Assembly: GCA_964057225.1 (NCBI GenBank)
Contig: OZ059896.1
Coordinates: 4,402,001 to 4,466,000, forward strand
Direction: 5' to 3'
Length of the DNA: 64,000 nucleotides
DNA from: Auanema rhodensis
Lineage: Eukaryota > Animalia > Nematoda
In this document: one piece after another, positions 12,601 to 26,049 of the stretch
Layout: each line of letters opens with the position of its first letter
Numbering within the stretch: position 1 is the stretch's first letter
Translations under genes and position numbers: made by a program
The notes under the pieces: model-generated
Database searches by the model: none
What the model was told of the DNA's origin: nothing
What the model saw: the letters and a program-made list of their open reading frames with translations, nothing else

Positions 12601-15600
12601 CATCTCTTTATCTTTCACGTGAAGCGAGTTACATACCAAGTGCACATCACGTGTACATTTAATTAGCATAAAGTAAAGTTCACGTAAATTTCAAAGTCAT
12701 GGTTACCATGCACCAATATCAATAAAAATTTGTTTCTAGACTAATATGGACATGGGGAATCTAATTTTGAAAATCGCATCTCTTTATCTTTCACGTGAAG
12801 CGAGTTACATACCAAGTGCACATCACGTGTACATTTAATTAGCATAAATTAAAGTTCACGTAAATTTCAAAGTCATGGTTACCATGAACCAATATCAATA
12901 AAAATTTGTTTTTAGACTAATATGGACATGGGGAATCTAATTTTGAAAACCGCATCTCTTTATCTTTCACGTGAAGCGAGTTACATACCAAGTGCACATC
13001 ACGTGTACATTTAATTAGCATAAATTAAAGTTCACGTAAATTTCAAAGTCATGGTTACCATGAACCAATATCAATAAAAATTTGTGTTTAGACTAATATG
13101 GACATGGGGAATCTAATTTTGAAAACCGCATCTCTTTATCTTTCACGTGAAGCGAGTTACATACCAAGTGCACATCACGTGTACATTTAATTAGCATAAA
13201 GTAAAGTTCACGTAAATTTCAAAGTCATGGTTACCATGCACCAATATCAATAAAAATTTGTTTCTAGACTAATATGGACATGGGGAATCTAATTTTGAAA
13301 ATCGCATCTCTTTATCTTTCACGTGAAGCGAGTTACATACCAAGTGCACATCACGTGTACATTTAATTAGCATAAATTAAAGTTCACGTAAATTTCAAAG
13401 TCATGGTTACCATGAACCAATATCAATAAAAATTTGTTTTTAGACTAATATGGACATGGGGAATCTAATTTTGAAAACCGCATCTCTTTATCTTTCACGT
13501 GAAGCGAGTTACATACCAAGTGCACATCACGTGTACATTTAATTAGCATAAATTAAAGTTCACGTAAATTTCAAAGTCATGGTTACCATGCACCAATATC
13601 AATAAAAATTTGTTTTTAGACTAATATGAACATGGGGAATCTAATTTTGAAAACCGCATCTCTTTATCTTTCAAGTGAAGCGAGTTACATACCAAGTGCA
13701 CATCACGTGTACATTTAATTAGCATAAATTAAAGTTCACGTAAATTTCAAAGTCATGGTTACCATGCACCAATATCAATAAAAATTTGTTTTTAGACTAA
13801 TATGGACATGGGGAATCTAATTTTGAAAACCGCATCTCTTTATCTTTCACGTGAAGCGAGTTACATACCAAGTGCACATCACGTGTACATTTAATTAGCA
13901 TAAATTAAAGTTCACGTAAATTTCAAAGTCATGGTTACCATGCACCAATATCAATAAAAATTTGTTTTTAGACTAATATGAACATGGGGAATCTAATTTT
14001 GAAAACCGCATCTCTTTATCTTTCACGTGAAGCGAGTTACATACCAAGTGCACATAACGTGTACATTTAATTAGCATAAATTAAAGTTCACGTAAATTTC
14101 AAAGTCATGGTTACCATGCACCAATATCAATAAAAATTTCTTTTTAGACTAATATGGACATGGGGAATCTAATTTTGAAAATCGCATCTCTTTATCTTTC
14201 ACGTGAAGCGAGTTACATACCTAGTGCACATCACGTGTACATTTAATTAGCATAAATTAAAGTTCACGTAAATTTCAAAGTCATGGTTACCATGAACCAA
14301 TATCAATAAAAATTTCTTTTTAGACTAATATGGACATGGGGAATCTAATTTTGAAAATCGCATCTCTTTATCTTTCACGTGAAGCGAGTTACATACCAAG
14401 TGCACATCACGTGTACATTTAATTAGCATAAATTAAAGTTCACGTAAATTTCAAAGTCATGGTTACCATGAACCAATATCAATAAAAATTTGTGTTTAGA
14501 CTAATATGGACATGGGGAATCTAATTTTGAAAACCGCATCTCTTTATCTTTCACGTGAAGCGAGTTACATACCAAGTGCACATCACGTGTACATTTAATT
14601 AGCATAAAGTAAAGTTCACGTAAATTTCAAAGTCATGGTTACCATGCACCAATATCAATAAAAATTTGTTTTTAGACTAATATGGACATGGGGAATCTAA
14701 TTTTGAAAATCGCATCTCTTTATCTTTCACGTGAAGCGAGTTACATACCAAGTGCACATCACGTGTACATTTAATTAGCATAAATTAAAGTTCACGTAAA
14801 TTTCAAAGTCATGGTTACCATGAACCAATATCAATAAAAATTTGTTTTTAGACTAATATGGACATGGGGAATCTAATTTTGAAAACCGCATCTCTTTATC
14901 TTTCACGTGAAGCGAGTTACATACCAAGTGCACATCACGTGTACATTTAATTAGCATAAATTAAAGTTCACGTAAATTTCAAAGTCATGGTTACCATGAA
15001 CCAATATCAATAAAAATTTGTTTTTAGACTAATATGGACATGGGGAATCTAATTTTGAAAAACGCATCTCTTTATCTTACACGTGAAGCGAGTTACATAC
15101 CAAGTGCACATCACGTGTACATTTAATTAGCATAAATTAAAGTTCACGTAAATTTCAAAGTCATGGTTACCATGCACCAATATTAATAAAAATTTGTTTT
15201 TAGACTAATATGGACATGGGGAATCTAATTTTGAAAACCGCATCTCTTTATCTTTCACGTGAAGCGAGTTACATACCAAGTGCACATCACGTGTACATTT
15301 AATTAGCATAAATTAAAGTTCACGTAAATTTCAAAGTCATGGTTACCATGCACCAATATCAATAAAAATTTGTTTTTAGACTAATATGGACATGGGGAAT
15401 CTAATTTTGAAAACCGCATCTCTTTATCTTTCAAGTGAAGCGAGTTACATACCAAGTGCACATCACGTGTACATTTAATTAGCATAAATTAAAGTTCACG
15501 TAAATTTCAAAGTCATGGTTACCATGCACCAATATCAATAAAAATTTGTTTTTAGACTAATATGAACATGGGGAATCTAATTTTGAAAACCGCATCTCTT

Positions 15601-16722
15601 TATCTTTCACGTGAAGCGAGTTACATACCAAGTGCACATAACGTGTACATTTAATTAGCATAAATTAAAGTTCACGTAAATTTCAAAGTCATGGTTACCA
15701 TGAACCAATATCAATAAAAATTTGTTTTCAGACTAATTTGGACATGGGGAATCTAATTTTGAAATTCGCATCTCTTTATCTTTCAAGTGAAGCGAGTTAC
15801 ATACCAAGTGCACATCACGTGTACATTTAATTAGCATAAATTAAAGTTCACGTAAATTTCAAAGTCATGGTTACCATGAACCAATATCAATAAAAATTTG
15901 TTTTTAAACTAATATGGACATGGGGAATCTAATTTTGAAAACCGCATCTCTTTATCTTTCACGTGAAGCGAGTTACATACCTAGTGCACATCACGTGTAC
16001 ATTTAATTAGCATAAATTAAAGTTCACGTAAATTTCAAAGTCATGGTTACCATGAACCAATATCAATAAAAATTTCTTTTTAGACTAATATGGACATGGG
16101 GAATCTAATTTTGAAAATCGCATCTCTTTATCTTTCACGTGAAGCGAGTTACATACCAAGTGCACATCACGTGTACATTTAATTAGCATAAATTAAAGTT
16201 CACGTAAATTTCAAAGTCATGGTTACCATGAACCAATATCAATAAAAATTTGTGTTTAGACTAATATGGACATGGGGAATCTAATTTTGAAAACCGCATC
16301 TCTTTATCTTTCACGTGAAGCGAGTTACATACCAAGTGCACATCACGTGTACATTTAATTAGCATAAAGTAAAGTTCACGTAAATTTCAAAGTCATGGTT
16401 ACCATGCACCAATATCAATAAAAATTTGTTTCTAGACTAATATGGACATGGGGAATCTAATTTTGAAAATCGCATCTCTTTATCTTTCACGTGAAGCGAG
16501 TTACATACCAAGTGCACATCACGTGTACATTTAATTAGCATAAATTAAAGTTCACGTAAATTTCAAAGTCATGGTTACCATGAACCAATATCAATAAAAA
16601 TTTGTTTTTAGACTAATATGGACATGGGGAATCTAATTTTGAAAACCGCATCTCTTTATCTTTCACGTGAAGCGAGTTACATACCAAGTGCACATCACGT
16701 GTACATTTAATTAGCATAAATT
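6691..16722 (+). repeat. 18-monomer (3168-bp) higher-order repeat, 3 copies: 6691-9858, 9859-13026, 13555-16722, with an extra 3-mer at 13027-13554
   Basis: The same ordered series of variant monomers occurs in each copy. The marker monomer p100A+p117A (AAAAACG...TTACACGTG) starts at 8099, 11267 and 14963 (spacings 3168 and 3696 bp). The AAATTCG monomer starts at 8803, 11971 and 15667. Confidence 0.93.
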
Positions 16723-19186
16723 AAAGTTCACGTAAATTTCAAAGTCATGGTTACCATGCACCAATATTAATAAAAATTTGTTTTTAGACTAATATGGACA
16801 TGGGGAATCTAATTTTGAAAACCGCATCTCTTTATCTTTCACGTGAAGCGAGTTACATACCAAGTGCACATCACGTGTACATTTAATTAGCATAAATTAA
16901 AGTTCACGTAAATTTCAAAGTCATGGTTACCATGCACCAATATCAATAAAAATTTGTTTTTAGACTAATATGAACATGGGGAATCTAATTTTGAAAACCG
17001 CATCTCTTTATCTTTCACGTGAAGCGAGTTACATACCAAGTGCACATAACGTGTACATTTAATTAGCATAAATTAAAGTTCACGTAAATTTCAAAGTCAT
17101 GGTTACCATGAACCAATATCAATAAAAATTTGTTTTCAGACTAATTTGGACATGGGGAATCTAATTTTGAAATTCGCATCTCTTTATCTTTCAAGTGAAG
17201 CGAGTTACATACCAAGTGCACATCACGTGTACATTTAATTAGCATAAATTAAAGTTCACGTAAATTTCAAAGTCATGGTTACCATGAACCAATATCAATA
17301 AAAATTTGTTTTTAAACTAATATGGACATGGGGAATCTAATTTTGAAAATCGCATCTCTTTATCTTTCACGTGAAGCGAGTTACATACCAAGTGCACATC
17401 ACGTGTACATTTAATTAGCATAAATTAAAGTTCACGTAAATTTCAAAGTCATGGTTACCATGAACCAATATCAATAAAAATTTGTTTTTAGACTAATATG
17501 GACATGGGGAATCTAATTTTGAAAACCGCATCTCTTTATCTTTCACGTGAAGCGAGTTACATACCAAGTGCACATCACGTGTACATTTAATTAGCATAAA
17601 TTAAAGTTCACGTAAATTTCAAAGTCATGGTTACCATGCACCAATATTAATAAAAATTTGTTTTTAGACTAATATGGACATGGGGAATCTAATTTTGAAA
17701 ACCGCATCTCTTTATCTTTCACGTGAAGCGAGTTACATACCAAGTGCACATCACGTGTACATTTAATTAGCATAAATTAAAGTTCACGTAAATTTCAAAG
17801 TCATGGTTACCATGCACCAATATCAATAAAAATTTGTTTTTAGACTAATATGAACATGGGGAATCTAATTTTGAAAACCGCATCTCTTTATCTTTCACGT
17901 GAAGCGAGTTACATACCAAGTGCACATAACGTGTACATTTAATTAGCATAAATTAAAGTTCACGTAAATTTCAAAGTCATGGTTACCATGAACCAATATC
18001 AATAAAAATTTGTTTTCAGACTAATTTGGACATGGGGAATCTAATTTTGAAATTCGCATCTCTTTATCTTTCAAGTGAAGCGAGTTACATACCAAGTGCA
18101 CATCACGTGTACATTTAATTAGCATAAATTAAAGTTCACGCAAATTTCAAAGTCATGGTTACCATGAACCAATATCAATAAAAATTTGTTTTTAAACTAA
18201 TATGGACATGGGGAATCTAATTTTGAAAACCGCATCTCTTTATCTTTCACGTGAAGCGAGTTACATACCTAGTGCACATCACGTGTACATTTAATTAGCA
18301 TAAATTAAAGTTCACGTAAATTTCAAAGTCATGGTTACCATGAACCAATATCAATAAAAATTTCTTTTTAGACTAATATGGACATGGGGAATCTAATTTT
18401 GAAAATCGCATCTCTTTATCTTTCACGTGAAGCGAGTTACATACCAAGTGCACATCACGTGTACATTTAATTAGCATAAATTAAAGTTCACGTAAATTTC
18501 AAAGTCATGGTTACCATGAACCAATATCAATAAAAATTTGTGTTTAGACTAATATGGACATGGGGAATCTAATTTTGAAAACCGCATCTCTTTATCTTTC
18601 ACGTGAAGCGAGTTACATACCAAGTGCACATCACGTGTACATTTAATTAGCATAAAGTAAAGTTCACGTAAATTTCAAAGTCATGGTTACCATGCACCAA
18701 TATCAATAAAAATTTGTTTTTAGACTAATATGGACATGGGGAATCTAATTTTGAAAATCGCATCTCTTTATCTTTCACGTGAAGCGAGTTACATACCAAG
18801 TGCACATCACGTGTACATTTAATTAGCATAAATTAAAGTTCACGTAAATTTCAAAGTCATGGTTACCATGAACCAATATCAATAAAAATTTGTTTTTAGA
18901 CTAATATGGACATGGGGAATCTAATTTTGAAAACCGCATCTCTTTATCTTTCACGTGAAGCGAGTTACATACCAAGTGCACATCACGTGTACATTTAATT
19001 AGCATAAATTAAAGTTCACGTAAATTTCAAAGTCATGGTTACCATGCACCAATATTAATAAAAATTTGTTTTTAGACTAATATGGACATGGGGAATCTAA
19101 TTTTGAAAACCGCATCTCTTTATCTTTCACGTGAAGCGAGTTACATACCAAGTGCACATCACGTGTACATTTAATTAGCATAAATT

Positions 19187-22100
19187 AAAGTTCACGTAAA
19201 TTTCAAAGTCATGGTTACCATGCACCAATATCAATAAAAATTTGTTTTTAGACTAATATGGACATGGAGAATCTAATTTTGAAAACCGCATCTCTTTATC
19301 TTTCACGTGAAGCGAGTTACATACCAAGTGCACATCACGTGTACATTTAATTAGCATAAATTAAAGTTCACGTAAATTTCAAAGTCATGGTTACCATGCA
19401 CCAATATCAATAAAAATTTGTTTTTAGACTAATATGGACATGGGGAATCTAATTTTGAAAACCGCATCTCTTTATCTTTCACGTGAAGCGAGTTACATAC
19501 CAAGTGCACATCACGTGTACACTTAATTAGCATAAATTAAAGTTCACGTAAATTTCAAAGTCATGGTTACCATGCACCAATATCAATAAAAATTTGTTTT
19601 TAGACTAATATGGACATGGGGAATCTAATTTTGAAAACCGCATCTCTTTATCTTTCAAGTGAAGCGAGTTACATACCAAGTGCACATCACGTGTACATTT
19701 AATTAGCATAAATTAAAGTTCACGTAAATTTCAAAGTCATGGTTACCATGCACCAATATTAATAAAAATTTGTTTTTAAACTAATATGGACATGGGGAAT
19801 CTAATTTTGAAAACCGCATCTCTTTATCTTTCACGTGAAGCGAGTTACATACCAAGTGCACATCACGTGTACATTTAATTAGCATAAATTAAAGTTCACG
19901 TAAATTTCAAAGTCATGGTTACCATGAACCAATATCAATAAAAATTTGTTTTTAGACTAATATGGACATGGGGAATCTAATTTTGAAAATCGCATCTCTT
20001 TATCTTTCACGTGAAGCGAGTTACATACCAAGTGCACATCACGTGTACATTTAATTAGCATAAATTAAAGTTCACGTAAATTTCAAAGTCATGGTTACCA
20101 TGAACCAATATCAATAAAAATTTGTTTTTAGACTAATATGGACATGGGGAATCTAATTTTGAAAAACGCATCTCTTTATCTTACACGTGAAGCGAGTTAC
20201 ATACCAAGTGCACATCACGTGTACATTTAATTAGCATAAATTAAAGTTCACGTAAATTTCAAAGTCATGGTTACCATGCACCAATATTAATAAAAATTTG
20301 TTTTTAGACTAATATGGACATGGGGAATCTAATTTTGAAAACCGCATCTCTTTATCTTTCACGTGAAGCGAGTTACATACCAAGTGCACATCACGTGTAC
20401 ATTTAATTAGCATAAATTAAAGTTCACGTAAATTTCAAAGTCATGGTTACCATGCACCAATATCAATAAAAATTTGTTTTTAGACTAATATGGACATGGG
20501 GAATCTAATTTTGAAAACCGCATCTCTTTATCTTTCACGTGAAGCGAGTTACATACCAAGTGCACATCACGTGTACACTTAATTAGCATAAATTAAAGTT
20601 CACGTAAATTTCAAAGTCATGGTTACCATGCACCAATATCAATAAAAATTTGTTTTTAGACTAATATGGACATGGGGAATCTAATTTTGAAAACCGCATC
20701 TCTTTATCTTCCAAGTGAAGCGAGTTACATACCAAGTGCACATCACGTGTACATTTAATTAGCATAAATTAAAGTTCACGTAAATTTCAAAGTCATGGTT
20801 ACCATGCACCAATATCAATAAAAATTTGTTTTTAGACTAATATGGACATGGGGAATCTAATTTTGAAAATCGCATCTCTTTATCTTTCACGTGAAGCGAG
20901 TTACATACCAAGTGCACATCACGTGTACATTTAATTAGCATAAATTAAAGTTCACGTAAATTTCAAAGTCATGGTTACCATGCACCAATATCAATAAAAA
21001 TTTGTTTTTAGACTAATATGGACATGGAGAATCTAATTTTGAAAACCGCATCTCTTTATCTTTCACGTGAAGCGAGTTACATACCAAGTGCACATCACGT
21101 GTACATTTAATTAGCATAAATTAAAGTTCACGTAAATTTCAAAGTCATGGTTACCATGCACCAATATCAATAAAAATTTGTTTTTAGACTAATATGGACA
21201 TGGGGAATCTAATTTTGAAAACCGCATCTCTTTATCTTTCACGTGAAGCGAGTTACATACCAAGTGCACATCACGTGTACACTTAATTAGCATAAATTAA
21301 AGTTCACGTAAATTTCAAAGTCATGGTTACCATGCACCAATATCAATAAAAATTTGTTTTTAGACTAATATGGACATGGGGAATCTAATTTTGAAAACCG
21401 CATCTCTTTATCTTTCAAGTGAAGCGAGTTACATACCAAGTGCACATCACGTGTACATTTAATTAGCATAAATTAAAGTTCACGTAAATTTCAAAGTCAT
21501 GGTTACCATGCACCAATATCAATAAAAATTTGTTTTTAGACTAATATGGACATGGGGAATCTAATTTTGAAAACCGCATCTCTTTATCTTTCACGTGAAG
21601 CGAGTTACATACCAAGTGCACATCACGTGTACATTTAATTAGCATAAATTAAAGTTCACGTAAATTTCAAAGTCATGGTTACCATGCACCAATATCAATA
21701 AAAATTTGTTTTTAGACTAATATGAACATGGGGAATCTAATTTTGAAAACCGCATCTCTTTATCTTTCACGTGAAGCGAGTTACATACCAAGTGCACATA
21801 ACGTGTACATTTAATTAGCATAAATTAAAGTTCACGTAAATTTCAAAGTCATGGTTACCATGCACCAATATTAATAAAAATTTGTTTTTAAACTAATATG
21901 GACATGGGGAATCTAATTTTGAAAACCGCATCTCTTTATCTTTCACGTGAAGCGAGTTACATACCAAGTGCACATCACGTGTACATTTAATTAGCATAAA
22001 TTAAAGTTCACGTAAATTTCAAAGTCATGGTTACCATGAACCAATATCAATAAAAATTTGTTTTTAGACTAATATGGACATGGGGAATCTAATTTTGAAA

Positions 22101-23058
22101 ATCGCATCTCTTTATCTTTCACGTGAAGCGAGTTACATACCAAGTGCACATCACGTGTACATTTAATTAGCATAAATTAAAGTTCACGTAAATTTCAAAG
22201 TCATGGTTACCATGAACCAATATCAATAAAAATTTGTTTTTAGACTAATATGGACATGGGGAATCTAATTTTGAAAAACGCATCTCTTTATCTTACACGT
22301 GAAGCGAGTTACATACCAAGTGCACATCACGTGTACATTTAATTAGCATAAATTAAAGTTCACGTAAATTTCAAAGTCATGGTTACCATGCACCAATATT
22401 AATAAAAATTTGTTTTTAGACTAATATGGACATGGGGAATCTAATTTTGAAAACCGCATCTCTTTATCTTTCACGTGAAGCGAGTTACATACCAAGTGCA
22501 CATCACGTGTACATTTAATTAGCATAAATTAAAGTTCACGTAAATTTCAAAGTCATGGTTACCATGCACCAATATCAATAAAAATTTGTTTTTAGACTAA
22601 TATGGACATGGGGAATCTAATTTTGAAAACCGCATCTCTTTATCTTTCACGTGAAGCGAGTTACATACCAAGTGCACATCACGTGTACACTTAATTAGCA
22701 TAAATTAAAGTTCACGTAAATTTCAAAGTCATGGTTACCATGCACCAATATCAATAAAAATTTGTTTTTAGACTAATATGGACATGGGGAATCTAATTTT
22801 GAAAACCGCATCTCTTTATCTTCCAAGTGAAGCGAGTTACATACCAAGTGCACATCACGTGTACATTTAATTAGCATAAATTAAAGTTCACGTAAATTTC
22901 AAAGTCATGGTTACCATGCACCAATATCAATAAAAATTTGTTTTTAGACTAATATGGACATGGGGAATCTAATTTTGAAAATCGCATCTCTTTATCTTTC
23001 ACGTGAAGCGAGTTACATACCAAGTGCACATCACGTGTACATTTAATTAGCATAAATT
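19187..23058 (+). repeat. 10/12-monomer block duplication (19187-20946 vs 20947-23058)
   Basis: The order 82A; 160C; 120A; [2 extra monomers in copy 2]; 46T+65A; 100T; 100A+117A; 46T; 160C; TTCCAAGTG; 100T is repeated. The private TTCCAAGTG variant lies near 20711 and 22823 (2112 bp apart). Confidence 0.88.
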
Positions 23059-24641
23059 AAAGTTCACGTAAATTTCAAAGTCATGGTTACCATGAACCAA
23101 TATCAATAAAAATTTGTTTTTAGACTAATATGGACATGGGGAATCTAATTTTGAAAACCGCATCTCTTTATCTTTCACGTGAAGCGAGTTACATACCAAG
23201 TGCACATACGTGTACATTTAATTAGCATAAATTAAAGTTCACGTAAATTTCAAAGTCATGGTTACCATGCACCAATATCAATAAAAATTTGTTTTTAGAC
23301 TAATATGGACATGGGGAATCTAATTTTGAAAATCGCATCTCTTTATCTTTCACGTGAAGCGAGTTACATACCAAGTGCACATCACGTGTACATTTAATTA
23401 GCATAAATTAAAGTTCACGTAAATTTCAAAGTCATGGTTACCATGAACCAATATCAATAAAAATTTGTTTTTAGACTAATATGGACATGGGGAATCTAAT
23501 TTTGAAAACCGCATCTCTTTATCTTTCACGTGAAGCGAGTTACATACCAAGTGCACATCACGTGTACATTTAATTAGCATAAATTAAAGTTCACGTAAAT
23601 TTCAAAGTCATGGTTACCATGAACCAATATCAATAAAAATTTGTTTTTAGACTAATATGGACATGGGGAATCTAATTTTGAAAACCGCATCTCTTTATCT
23701 TTCACGTGAAGCGAGTTACATACCAAGTGCACATCACGTGTACATTTAATTAGCATAAATTAAAGTTCACGTAAATTTCAAAGTCATGGTTACCATGCAC
23801 CAATATCAATAAAAATTTGTTTTTAGACTAATTTGGACATGGGGAATCTAATTTTGAAAACCGCATCTCTTTATCTTTCAAGTGAAGCGAGTTACATACC
23901 AAGTGCACATCACGTGTACATTTAATTAGCATAAATTAAAGTTCACGTAAATTTCAAAGTCATGGTTACCATGCACCAATATTAATAAAAATTTGTTTTT
24001 AGACTAATATGGACATGAGGAATCTAATTTTGAAAACCGCATCTCTTTATCTTTCACGTGAAGCGAGTTACATACCAAGTGCACATCACGTGTACATTTA
24101 ATTAGCATAAATTAAAGTTCACGTAAATTTCAAAGTCATGGTTACCATGAACCAATATCAATAAAAATTTGTTTTTAGACTAATATGGACATGGGGAATC
24201 TAATTTTAAAAACCGCATCTCTTTATCTTTCAAGTGAAGCGAGTTACATACCAAGTGCACATCACGTGTACATTTAATTAGCATAAATTAAAGTTCACGT
24301 AAATTTCAAAGTCATGGTTACCATGCACCAATATCAATAAAAATTTGTTTTTAGACTAATTTGAACATGGGGAATCTAATTTTGAAAACCGCATCTCTTT
24401 ATCTTTCAAGTGAAGCGAGTTACATACCAAGTGCACATCACGTGTACATTTAATTAGCATAAATTAAAGTTCACGTAAATTTCAAAGTCATGGTTACCAT
24501 GCACCAATATTAATAAAAATTTGTTTTTAGACTAATATGGACATGGGAAATCTAATTTTGAAAATCGCATCTCTTTATCTTTCACGTGAAGCGAGTTACA
24601 TACCAAGTGCACATCACGTGTACATTTAATTAGCATAAATT

Positions 24642-26049
24642 AAAGTTCACGTAAATTTCAAAGTCATGGTTACCATGAACCAATATCAATAAAAATTTGT
24701 TTTTAGACTAATATGGACATGGGGAATCTAATTTTGAAAACCGCATCTCTTTATCTTTCACGTGAAGCGAGTTACATACCAAGTGCACATCACGTGTACA
24801 TTTAATTAGCATAAATTAAAGTTCACGTAAATTTCAAAGTCATGGTTACCATGAACCAATATCAATAAAAATTTGTTTTTAGACTAATATGGACATGGGG
24901 AATCTAATTTTGAAAACCGCATCTCTTTATCTTTCACGTGAAGCGAGTTACATACCAAGTGCACATCACGTGTACATTTAATTAGCATAAATTAAAGTTC
25001 ACGTAAATTTCAAAGTCATGGTTACCATGCACCAATATCAATAAAAATTTATTTTTAGACTAATATGGACATGGGGAATCTAATTGTGAAAACCGCATCT
25101 CTTTATCTTTCAAGTGAAGCGAGTTACATACCAAGTGCACATCACGTGTACATTTAATTAGCATAAATTAAAGTTCACGTAAATTTCAAAGTCATGGTTA
25201 CCATGCACCAATATCAATAAAAATTTGTTTTTAGACTAATATGGACATGGGGAATCTAATTTTGAAAATCGCATCTCTTTATCTTTCACGTGAAGCAAGT
25301 TACATACCAAGTGCACATCACGTGTACATTTAATTAGCATAAATTAAAGTTCACGTAAATTTCAAAGTCATGGTTACCATGAACCAATATCAATAAAAAT
25401 TTGTTTTTAGACTAATATGGACATGGGGAATCTAATTTTGAAAACCGCATCTCTTTATCTTTCACGTGAAGCGAGTTACATACCAAGTGCACATCACGTG
25501 TACATTTAATTAGCATAAATTAAAGTTCACGTAAATTTCAAAGTCATGGTTACCATGAACCAATATCAATAAAAATTTGTTTTTAGACTAATATGGACAT
25601 GGGGAATCTAATTTTGAAAACCGCATCTCTTTATCTTTCACGTGAAGCGAGTTACATACCAAGTGCACATCACGTGTACATTTAATTAGCATAAATTAAA
25701 GTTCACGTAAATTTCAAAGTCATGGTTACCATGCACCAATATCAATAAAAATTTGTTTTTAGACTAATATGGACATGGGGAATCTAATTGTGAAAACCGC
25801 ATCTCTTTATCTTTCAAGTGAAGCGAGTTACATACCAAGTGCACATCACGTGTACATTTAATTAGCATAAATTAAAGTTCACGTAAATTTCAAAGTCATG
25901 GTTACCATGCACCAATATCAATAAAAATTTGTTTTTAGACTAATATGGACATGGGGAATCTAATTTTGAAAATCGCATCTCTTTATCTTTCACGTGAAGC
26001 GAGTTACATACCAAGTGCACATCACGTGTACATTTAATTAGCATAAATT
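24642..26049 (+). repeat. 4-monomer tandem duplication (704 bp x2)
   Basis: The private AATTGTG (p93G)+p120A monomer starts at 24994 and 25698. Each is followed by a 37C+100T monomer and preceded by two consensus monomers. Confidence 0.8.

Noticed and set aside
23200-23215. Single C deletion (CACATACGTG) as a domain-boundary element
   Set aside because: It is a singleton that may be a sequencing error, and there is no inserted sequence or target-site duplication.
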